A stretch of 64,000 nt of DNA, taken from the NCBI GenBank assembly GCA_034003585.1, contig JAVEYH010000002.1, positions 32,036 to 96,035 on the forward strand, given 5' to 3'. Below the pieces are notes generated by a model that did no database searches, was not told the DNA's origin, and saw only the letters and a program-made list of their open reading frames with translations. The translations under genes and the position numbers were made by a program. Below, piece by piece: positions 46,560 through 54,877 of this stretch (position 1 is the stretch's first letter; each line of letters starts with the position of its first letter). The DNA is from Kiritimatiellia bacterium. Its GTDB lineage: Bacteria; Verrucomicrobiota; Kiritimatiellia; RFP12; UBA1067.

Positions 46560-47890
46560 ATACAGATAAAACGCTGAGGGCGATCTTTGGGACAGCGGCC
46601 GGGTCGTGTCGGATCAGTCGCTGAATGTGGTCTATCGGGGCGCGGCGCTGAAAACGTCGCAACACTGCCACTGGAAGGTCAGGGCATGGGACAATCAGAG
46701 CGGGCAGCCTTCGGCGTGGAGTCTGCCGGCCTGTTGGGTGATGGGGGTGGCGCGGCCTGAGGACTGGCAGGCGCGCTGGAGTTCAAAAGCGGTCTGACGG
46801 TCGTGACCGATGCCGGATGGCAGGCGGCGGCAACGGTGACGGACGGATGGAACGGCCGGCAGGACGGCGCGGCGAGAACACGCTCAAGGTGCTGCTGGGC
46901 CACGGTTGGTACGACGTGCGCAGTGTGGCGGTGTGGAATTTCGACAACGCGCCGTGGCGCGATTTCCCGCGCATGATCGCGCAACTGGAGTTGGTTTATA
47001 CGGACGGCACGCGTGAGACGGTGGTGTCGGACGGCTGGTTCCAAACCGACCGTTTCGTCTGCGACGGCAGCCGGGACCCGGGTTACGAGCCGCGTTTCAC
47101 CTACAACGGGTTCCAGTGCGTGGAAATCCACGGCCTCGCGAAGGCACCCACGGCGGAGACCATTGCAGCCTGTGTGATCCACACCGACTTCCGCGAAGCC
47201 GGCTCGTTCACCTGCGGACAGCCCCTGCTGAACAAGCTGCAGGACGCCGCACTCTGGGCGTACCGCGGCAATTTCGTCAACGGGTATCCGACAGACTGCC
47301 CGCACCGGGAAAAGAACGGTTGGACCGGCGACGCGATGCTGGCCTCGGAGTTGGCGATGTACAACTTCCACAATACGGCCGCATATAACAAATGGGTTGG
47401 CGACATCCTGGACGAGCAGGGTGCGGACGGGAATTTCGCGGCGATCATTCCGACCAGCGGATGGGGATACGCCTGGGGCAACGGGCCGGCGTGGGACAGT
47501 GCGCTGGTGGTGATCCCCTGGATGCTTTATGTTGACCAGGGAGACCTGCGCGTGTTGGAGACCGCCTATCCGGCAATGGCCCGATATGTGGATTACATGA
47601 CCTCGCGCAAGACCGCCGAAGGGCTGCTCACGCACGGGTTGGGTGACTGGATCCCGGTCAAAAGCAAGACTCCGGTGGAGGTGACATCGACCGGTTATTA
47701 CTACCTGGACGCGCAAATTGTAAGGAAGTGGCGTTCAAGCGGTTCCTCATAAAGCCCGATCCGGTTGCGGGGGTGGTGGCGGACGTTGCGCCGCTGGCGC
47801 CGGCAGGGACGCGCATGGCGTTCCAGGTCGGATCGGGCCGGTACTTTTTCGCGGCGCCGGTGAAAGAGGAAGCGCGGATGCGGCATCCGT
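46560..47890 (+). pseudogene. Decayed alpha-L-rhamnosidase (GH78) remnant, truncated at both ends with at least two frameshifts and internal deletions.
   Basis: There are three out-of-frame fragments. The first, around 46606..46797, is ...HCHWKVRAWDNQSGQPSAWSLPACWVMGVARPEDWQARW (GH78 N-terminal domain). The second, 46817..47752, is ...DCPHREKNGWTGDAMLASELAMYNFHNTAAYNKWVGDI (six-hairpin catalytic core motif). The third, around 47735..47890, is KEVAFKRFLIKPDPVAGVVADVAPLAPAGTRMAFQVGSGRYFF (GH78 C-terminal beta-sandwich). Total length is about 1.3 kb versus about 2.7 kb expected. Confidence 0.6.
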
Positions 47891-47988
47891 AAAAGCCGTA
47901 CCGAAGCGTTCCCCTCCCTTTCGTCTCCAATACGGATCTCGGCTTTTTGCGCTCGAAAGGTGTCCGGCTCCTGCGCTACACTACGGGC

Positions 47989-49122
47989 ATGAATCCGATG
48001 CGTTCACCCTTTCTCACCCTTGTGCTGCTCGCCATGCTCGCGTTTCTGGCGCTGCAGTTCCGGGAGGCGCGCCGGCGCGACGCGCCCACGGCACCCCCCG
48101 CGGCGGTTCCGGTGCCCGCGTCCAAAAGACCGCAGGCGCCGGAGGCGGAGCGGCCCTGCCCCGGATCCGACGCCATCGCGGTTTACAAACGCGTCTCACC
48201 CTCGGTGGTCGCCGTGGCCAACCACGCGCTGATCCGGCGCGGCTTTTTCGGGTTTCAACTCTACGAGGTGCCGCAGGGCGCGGGCTCCGGTTTCGTGTGG
48301 GACAGGAAGGGCCATATCGTCAGCAACTACCATGTGGTGCATCAGGCCAGCACGCTGACCGTCACTTTCCCCGACGGATCGCGGTACGACGCCGTCCTGG
48401 TCGGCATCGCGCCGGATTATGATCTGGCAGTGCTGAAGATCAGCGCACCCCCCGAAAAACTCGTGCCCGTCACGGTTGCCGCCTCGCGCGCGCTGCAGGT
48501 CGGGCAGCAGGTCTACGCGATCGGCAATCCGTTCGGCCTCGACACCACCCTCTCGGCCGGTTTGGTCAGCGCGCTCGGCCGCACCATCACCTCCATGACC
48601 GACCGCAAGATCTACGATGTCATCCAGACTGACACCGCGATCAACCCCGGCAATTCCGGCGGACCCCTGCTCTCCTCGTCCGGCAGGCTGGTGGGGGTCA
48701 ACACCGCGATCCTCAGCCCGAGCGGCGCCTACGCCGGCATCGGCTTCGCAGTCCCCTCGGACACCGTTTCCCGCGTGGTGCCGCAGCTCATTGAGAAGGG
48801 CCGGGTCACGCGCGCCGGGCTCGGCGTGGACCTGCTGCCCGATCATGTGACCGCCCGCGCGGGCATCGCGGGCGTGGCCCTGTACGCAGTGGCGGAACGG
48901 ACACCCGCCGCGCGCGCGGGTCTCGAAGGGATCGGCGTCAGCCGGCTCGGGGATCTGATTTTCGGCGATGTGATTCAGGCCGTGGACGGCATCCCGGTGG
49001 ACACGATCGAAGCGCTGCAAGCCGTGCTCGACCCCCGACGGCCGGGCGAACAGGTCCGGCTGACCGTAACCCGCAACGGCAAACGGCGGGATGTGACCCT
49101 GGCGCTGATCGAAGAGGAGTGA
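47989..49122 (+). CDS. HtrA/DegP-family periplasmic serine protease (S1C) with one PDZ domain.
   Basis: Start taken at Met-15 of track ORF 47947..49122 (MNPMRSPFLTLVLLAMLAFLALQF), read as a TM/signal segment. It has the catalytic triad H (NYHVVHQ), D (DLAVLKI) and S (GNSGGPLL) plus a C-terminal PDZ. Confidence 0.8.
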   Translation: MNPMRSPFLTLVLLAMLAFLALQFREARRRDAPTAPPAAVPVPASKRPQAPEAERPCPGSDAIAVYKRVSPSVVAVANHALIRRGFFGFQLYEVPQGAGSGFVWDRKGHIVSNYHVVHQASTLTVTFPDGSRYDAVLVGIAPDYDLAVLKISAPPEKLVPVTVAASRALQVGQQVYAIGNPFGLDTTLSAGLVSALGRTITSMTDRKIYDVIQTDTAINPGNSGGPLLSSSGRLVGVNTAILSPSGAYAGIGFAVPSDTVSRVVPQLIEKGRVTRAGLGVDLLPDHVTARAGIAGVALYAVAERTPAARAGLEGIGVSRLGDLIFGDVIQAVDGIPVDTIEALQAVLDPRRPGEQVRLTVTRNGKRRDVTLALIEEE

Positions 49123-49124
49123 CC

Positions 49125-49940
49125 TCAGTAGGCGGCCAGCCGGCGCACCGCGATGGCGATATCGCGGACTCGCTGCTCGCCCGCCTCGCGCTCGATGGCC
49201 ACGGCGCCCTCGTATCCGACCTCCGCCAGCACGTTCAGGAACGCAAAGGCGTTGACCTGCCCCTCGCCCCACACGACCTCGCTCCCCCATGTGCCGGGCA
49301 CGGCGGTGCGGACCGCATCTTTGATGTGAATATGCCGGATCCAGGGCGCGAGGCGCCGCAGCGCCGAAAGCGGCTCGTCCTTATTGTACAGGATGAGGTT
49401 GGCCGGGTCGAAATTCAAGAGCACGTTCGGATGGTTCAGTTTCTCCACGAAACGCTGGAGTTCCTCCGCCGTCTCCTGCCCGGTCTCCATCAGCAGCGTC
49501 ACGCCCGCCTCGCCCGCCGCATCCCCGAGCGCGCGCACGCGGTCATAGAACTTTTTCGCGTAGGCCGCATCGCTGTGGTCCAGAAAGCCCACGTGCATCA
49601 TGATGTAGCGCGAACCGAGCGCGGCCGTGATCTTGGCCGCGCGCGCGAACGCCTCCCCGCTCGCGGGCCAGTGCGCGTCCGGCGCGATCCCGCCGGTCAC
49701 CTTGATCGTGTCCAGCGTGGAGTAATCCTCATAGTCGAAATTCATCATTCCGGCCGTCACGGTCCAGCCCTGCGCGCGCACGGCATCAAGATAGGCCTCG
49801 CCGTCCGGCGCCAGCGCCGGGGCGATCGCCAGGTTGATGTGCTCCAACCCCAGCGCGGTCATCACGGACCCGACCTCCTCCACGCTTTTTCTGAACGACC
49901 AACTGCAAACGGCCACCGGCCATGTTCCGCACTTCAGCAT
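49125..49940 (-). CDS. Sugar phosphate isomerase/epimerase (xylose-isomerase-like TIM barrel).
   Basis: It is 271 aa with metal-binding positions (MMHVGF...LLMETGQET...HIHIKD...AIERE). Confidence 0.75.
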   Translation of the reverse strand: MLKCGTWPVAVCSWSFRKSVEEVGSVMTALGLEHINLAIAPALAPDGEAYLDAVRAQGWTVTAGMMNFDYEDYSTLDTIKVTGGIAPDAHWPASGEAFARAAKITAALGSRYIMMHVGFLDHSDAAYAKKFYDRVRALGDAAGEAGVTLLMETGQETAEELQRFVEKLNHPNVLLNFDPANLILYNKDEPLSALRRLAPWIRHIHIKDAVRTAVPGTWGSEVVWGEGQVNAFAFLNVLAEVGYEGAVAIEREAGEQRVRDIAIAVRRLAAY

Positions 49941-49998
49941 GATCTTCCCTCCGCGGGTCCGGCGAACGGGCCCGGTGTTTTCGCTTCCCTTTTTCCGC

Positions 49999-51045
49999 TT
50001 ACCGCGCGAGGCGCACGGTCTTGCCCGTCCGGGCCGAACGTTTTTCCGCGTCCACGATCCGCACGGAATCGCGCGACTGCTCCGGCGTGGTCACGCAGGC
50101 GACCTTGCGGCCGCACAGCAGGTCCATGAACCAGCGGATCTCGTACTCGTAGCCGTCGCCCTCCGGCAGTTTCGGCACGAACGCCTCCCCTTTGGCGGGG
50201 TAGACGCAGAACGGTTTCTCGCGTTTGCCGTCCAGCACGACCACGGCCTTCTCGAACGTCACCACATACCCGGCCTCGAATCCCAGGGTCGGCGTCATGG
50301 CCCAGCTTCCCTCCGCCGTCACCGCCGCGCCGCCCACATCGTACAGGGTGGAGATATAGCGCATCGACCCATTCGCCGCATAGCTGGCGCGGCTCGTCAC
50401 CGCGCGCGGCATGCCGAAGAGAAACTGGACGATATCCGTATCATGGATGTGCAGGTCCAGCGCCACACCGCCGCTTTTCGACTCATCCATGAACCAGTTG
50501 GACCCTTTTTGCCAGCCCGGAGGCGCGCTGAAACGGTAGAAGGAGGCCGCGATGATCTTGCCGTACTTCCCGCTGTCGACCAGCTTTTTGAGATACACGT
50601 AGCACGGCCAGAAGCGCAGGCATTGGGCGATCATCAGCCGCGCGCCCTTCGGCGCCTGTTTCGCGGCGCGCACCATCACCCCGCAGTCAGCCGCATTCAG
50701 CGCCATGGGCTTTTCGCACAGCACGCTCACCCCGGCTTTCAGCGCCTTGACCGTGAGCGGGACGTGCAGCGGCGTCGGCAGGGTCAGCGAGATCACCTCC
50801 GGCCGGGCCTCCGCCAGCATGCGGTCGAAGTCGTCATAGATCACCGCCTCCCCGTAATCCACGGAGGCATCCGCGCCCGCAAGGTTCCCTCCCTGGACCG
50901 GAGCGGTGAACTGTGCCCGGTTCTGATCGCACAAGGCCACCACTTTCGCGTTCCGGATCTTCTTCCACTGCCCGTAATGCATGCGCCCCATGAACCCGAA
51001 CCCCACGATGGCAACGCGTTTCTGAACCGGTTTCCGTTTGCCCAT
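49999..51045 (-). CDS. Gfo/Idh/MocA family NAD(P)-dependent oxidoreductase.
   Basis: It is 348 aa and begins VAIVGFGFMGRMHYGQW (Rossmann fold). Confidence 0.85.
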   Translation of the reverse strand: MGKRKPVQKRVAIVGFGFMGRMHYGQWKKIRNAKVVALCDQNRAQFTAPVQGGNLAGADASVDYGEAVIYDDFDRMLAEARPEVISLTLPTPLHVPLTVKALKAGVSVLCEKPMALNAADCGVMVRAAKQAPKGARLMIAQCLRFWPCYVYLKKLVDSGKYGKIIAASFYRFSAPPGWQKGSNWFMDESKSGGVALDLHIHDTDIVQFLFGMPRAVTSRASYAANGSMRYISTLYDVGGAAVTAEGSWAMTPTLGFEAGYVVTFEKAVVVLDGKREKPFCVYPAKGEAFVPKLPEGDGYEYEIRWFMDLLCGRKVACVTTPEQSRDSVRIVDAEKRSARTGKTVRLAR

Positions 51046-51112
51046 AATCCCCTCCCTGCGGTTATCCCTGACAACTACTGTGCGGACAGCATCCTAAATC
51101 GGCGCGGGCTTG

Positions 51113-52135
51113 TCAATGACCGTTGTGCGCGGGCAGGAATTCGGCGCGCACCGCGCCGCCGGCGGCATTCGCGGCGGTGACGACCTGCGGCACGCCGTTC
51201 ACCGCATCCAGCGACTGCACATGGGTATGGCCGGCGAACACACCCAGCAGACCGGGCGTCTCGAACCCCTCGCGGCGGAAAGCGCGCGTGACGGCCGTGT
51301 GTCCTGAAGTGGGCCATTGCGGACGGCGCTCGATCTCCCAGTGCCGGTCTTCTGCGGCGCCCCAATCGGGATGGCCGCAACCGAATCCGACCGGCCGGCC
51401 GGGCGCGTAGAGCGGAATGTGCATGAGCAGAACCAGCGGCCTGCCGCCCGCCGCCTGTTCACGGAAAAACGTCAGTTGTTCGGGCAGGATCTCGTAGGTC
51501 GAATTGTCGATCGCCACAAACCGGACTCCCCGGACCTCGCGGACGGCCATCAGCGGATTGTGGCCCTGATACAGGGGCTTGAGCCGTTTTTCCGTCCATT
51601 CGGCCCGCAGGGCCGCACTCGATCCGGCCATGCCCTCGTAATGCCAGTCATGGTTGCCCGCGACATAGAGGTAGGGCACGCCCGACGCTTCCAGCTTCGT
51701 CAGGGCCCATTCGATCGCGGCCTCGGAGGGAAAGCTGAAGAGGTCGCCCACCAGCGCGAGCAGATCGACACGCGCCTCCTTCGCGCGCTGAAGCATCTCT
51801 TCGAAACAGGCCTCCGGCGTGGTCGGCGCGCCGCTTTCGACATGCCGCGTGCGGTTGTAACCTCCCGCCATGCGGCGGCTGTATCCGCGGAACGGTTCGC
51901 CGCGCGCGTCATCGCGGTGCAGATGCGTGTCGCCCGCGACCCATACCGTGACCGGTTCCCGGACCGCCGGGGAAAACACCCGGATCCGGTTGCCGTCCAA
52001 CGCGAACGATTTGCGCGCGAACGACTCGTTTGCCGACGCCCCTTCCGCCTGCCGCGCACTCCCGGAGAGCGCCCACGCCGCAACGCCGCACGCCCCCGTC
52101 CGGAGAAACCCCCGCCTCGTCCCGTTCTCGTCCAT
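51113..52135 (-). CDS. Tat-secreted calcineurin-like metallophosphoesterase.
   Basis: The ATG at 52135 has an AAAGGAGG RBS. A twin-arginine motif (RRGFLRTGACGVAAWA) and the motifs GDTH, GDLF and GNHDW are present. Confidence 0.75.
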   Translation of the reverse strand: MDENGTRRGFLRTGACGVAAWALSGSARQAEGASANESFARKSFALDGNRIRVFSPAVREPVTVWVAGDTHLHRDDARGEPFRGYSRRMAGGYNRTRHVESGAPTTPEACFEEMLQRAKEARVDLLALVGDLFSFPSEAAIEWALTKLEASGVPYLYVAGNHDWHYEGMAGSSAALRAEWTEKRLKPLYQGHNPLMAVREVRGVRFVAIDNSTYEILPEQLTFFREQAAGGRPLVLLMHIPLYAPGRPVGFGCGHPDWGAAEDRHWEIERRPQWPTSGHTAVTRAFRREGFETPGLLGVFAGHTHVQSLDAVNGVPQVVTAANAAGGAVRAEFLPAHNGH

Positions 52136-52348
52136 AACCTCGCCTCCTTTCCGGCAGGGGATTGTGCAGGAAACCCGGCGACGTGTCGAACGGAAAGTCC
52201 GTGTTGACGGCGGCCGGCACGAATTGCGAAAATACACGGCAGACCGGATACGTGGGCATGCCGGCCCGCCTTACGGCTTTCCGGGCGTGGGTCCGGCCCG
52301 CCCCGTTGCCCCGGATGCGAAGGGGCTCAGGAGGAGAAAGGAAAGCGG

Positions 52349-54826
52349 ATGAGAACGAGACAACCGTGGGTCGGAATCGCTGTCGCGCACCTGCTTGCCG
52401 CAGGCTGGGGAGAGGCGAAAACCGTGAATGTCTTTTTCGCGGGAGGCCAGTCGAATGCCAAGGCCGTCTGGGCCACCGCGATCGCCGACGGATTGAAAGC
52501 CGGCTATGGCACGTCCCTGGTGATGGCGCACACCAACCATTCCGGGGAGGGACTCGCCAACTGGTTTACCGAGACGGGCAAGCCCAATTACAGCAATGAC
52601 CTGTTCCAGCTCAACGGCACCAGTGTCCTGCAGACCCGCATGACCGAGATCGCCGCCGCCGGGGACGAACCGGTTTTCCGGGGGTTCTTCTGGTTCCAGG
52701 GTGAAACCGATACGGGCAGTTACGCCTCAATCGACGCGTACACCAACCGGTTCCGCGCCATGATGGCGCAATTGAAACAGGATCTGGCGCTCACGCAGGA
52801 GGTCGCCTACTGTTTGGCGATCATCGACGCCAACCCCGACCCCTATTATGATGACCCCGCCAACACCGGCGGACGGACGCGCGCGATGATCGGCGCGCTG
52901 CGCACCAATCAGGTTGACCTGTGCTCCGGTTTTCCCGGCTCGTACGCCGACACCCGCGGCTACACGCGAACCGACATGTGGCACCTTACCACAACCGAGC
53001 TGACCCGCCTGGGGGCAGCCATGAGCGAAGCCTTCACCAACGCCTTCGGCATCAGCCTGCCGCCGGATGAGGCGGTTATCCTCGCCAGCCACGACAGCGA
53101 CGGCAGCGTGTTCCCGACCGGGGTGTTCCCGGCCCAGGATCTCATCTGCGGCAATGCGGCGGACGTGCAGTACAACGGCATCCTGTTCTTCCCCCTGCCG
53201 GCCCACACCGTCACGGTTGCCGATCTGGCCCTCACCGTGGTCCAGAACAACGGCGCGCCGCCGTCCGCGAACCTGGATCTCTGGGGGCTGGGATATCAAT
53301 CCGTTCCGCTCATGGACAAAACCTGGATGTGCCTGACGGATTCGGATGAGCGCGACCTGATCAACCCCCAGGCCGTTTCCTTCACGAAGATCGCCGACAA
53401 TGTGATCACGGCCGGCCAGTCCTTCGCCTCCGGTTCGGTCTGGACGTTAACGGCCGCGCAACAGACGAATCTGGCCGCTTTTCTGAACGGGCTGTACCGC
53501 AAGGGAGCGCTGCCCGGCGATTACGCGGTGCTGCGCGTCAATCCGGATGCGGTCACGGAGGTCAACGGCAAGAATGTGCGTTTCGGCGGTTCGCACCAGC
53601 TCTCTCCCGACCGCCGCGCCAAGCTGACCCTCACGCTCACGGAAGGTCCGCAGCCGCCCGTCGATCCGCAAGAGGGCGCCTTTGTTTTTCACAGTCACGC
53701 GAGTGACGGCGGGGTCTATTCGAACGGCGTCAGCACCGCCACCGACCTGATCAGCGGAACCGGCGGGGGACCGCGGCAGAACTGGAGCGGCATCGCGTTC
53801 TTCCCCCTGCCGGAGCAACCGGTCACAGAGGCGAACCTGTCCCTGACCGTCGCGACCTTCTCGGGCATCATGCCGCAGGCCAACATCGATGTCTGGGGGT
53901 TGGGCTACCAGGCGGTCCCCACATTGAGCAGCGCATGGCTCGCCACGAACGATTTCGCGACCGGCAAACTTCTGAACGACCGATGGCCCGTGAAGATAGC
54001 CGACAACATCGTGACCGCCGGACAAAGTCTGGCCACCGGCGCCGTCTGGACGCCGAACGCCGCCGAGCGCGACAACCTGAAACGGTTTCTGAACGGCCTC
54101 TACAACCTCGGTGCCCGGCCGGGCGAATATGCCGTGATCCGCATGAACCTGGACGCGCCGCAGGACCAGTACACCTGCGGCGTGCGCTGGGGCGGCTCAC
54201 ATCAGATAAATCCCGACCGCCGCGCCAGACTGGAAGGCGCGTTCACGGTCGCGACAAACCGGCTCGTCAACCCCGGCTTCGAGTCCGGCACCGACGGCAC
54301 CCCCGCCGAATGGTCGGTCCAGGCGAACCAGTTTCTCGGCGAACGGAGCCAGGCGTTCCGCCGGAACGGCTATTACTCCTTCCGGATGGCGGTGAACGGA
54401 GACCAATCGGAAAACTCCGCCAACAACCTGAATCTGTTCCAGAACATCAACGACCCCGGACTGGCCGGAAAACGGGTGACCTTCAGCGCAATCGCGCGCC
54501 ATCCCGCGACCGACCCGCTGGTCACCAATTCGGAACAGCGCGTGGAACTCCGTTTGTGGTGGCTGTTCAACGGCGCGCAGAACGGATTCGTGACCAGCGC
54601 GAATGACTTCAGTCTCCTGCCGACGGACCCCGCGGATGCGAACAAGCTGCTCCTGATCTCCAGCGACGTGCCGGCCGGGGCCAGCGGGGTTCAGGCCATG
54701 GTGATCTTCCGCACCGGCACGGTCGCCCAACCCTCCATCACCAACGGCTCGGCGTTTGTGGACGACCTGCGCGTCACGGTTTTCGAGCCGGTCTGGCCCT
54801 CAGGCACCCTCCTGAATCTGCGCTGA
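52349..54826 (+). CDS. Secreted carbohydrate esterase (SGNH / sialate-O-acetylesterase-like N-terminal domain), then two tandem ~240-aa repeat domains and a C-terminal CBM-like domain.
   Basis: It has a signal peptide and FFAGGQSNA (GQSN esterase motif). The two internal repeats are residues ~250-470 and ~480-700 (ASHDSDGSVFPTGV...DLWGLGYQSVP versus HSHASDGGVYSNGV...DVWGLGYQAVP). The C-terminal region contains NPGFESG..., typical of CBM4/9. Confidence 0.55.
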   Translation: MRTRQPWVGIAVAHLLAAGWGEAKTVNVFFAGGQSNAKAVWATAIADGLKAGYGTSLVMAHTNHSGEGLANWFTETGKPNYSNDLFQLNGTSVLQTRMTEIAAAGDEPVFRGFFWFQGETDTGSYASIDAYTNRFRAMMAQLKQDLALTQEVAYCLAIIDANPDPYYDDPANTGGRTRAMIGALRTNQVDLCSGFPGSYADTRGYTRTDMWHLTTTELTRLGAAMSEAFTNAFGISLPPDEAVILASHDSDGSVFPTGVFPAQDLICGNAADVQYNGILFFPLPAHTVTVADLALTVVQNNGAPPSANLDLWGLGYQSVPLMDKTWMCLTDSDERDLINPQAVSFTKIADNVITAGQSFASGSVWTLTAAQQTNLAAFLNGLYRKGALPGDYAVLRVNPDAVTEVNGKNVRFGGSHQLSPDRRAKLTLTLTEGPQPPVDPQEGAFVFHSHASDGGVYSNGVSTATDLISGTGGGPRQNWSGIAFFPLPEQPVTEANLSLTVATFSGIMPQANIDVWGLGYQAVPTLSSAWLATNDFATGKLLNDRWPVKIADNIVTAGQSLATGAVWTPNAAERDNLKRFLNGLYNLGARPGEYAVIRMNLDAPQDQYTCGVRWGGSHQINPDRRARLEGAFTVATNRLVNPGFESGTDGTPAEWSVQANQFLGERSQAFRRNGYYSFRMAVNGDQSENSANNLNLFQNINDPGLAGKRVTFSAIARHPATDPLVTNSEQRVELRLWWLFNGAQNGFVTSANDFSLLPTDPADANKLLLISSDVPAGASGVQAMVIFRTGTVAQPSITNGSAFVDDLRVTVFEPVWPSGTLLNLR

Positions 54827-54877
54827 ACCGCGCATGTTTCCCCGTTTCGGCCCACGCCCCCCGTGCGGCCGGAAAAC

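Noticed and set aside
46679-47716. 345-aa minus-strand ORF
   Set aside because: It is antisense to the GH78 rhamnosidase remnant, whose plus-strand fragments carry diagnostic GH78 motifs.
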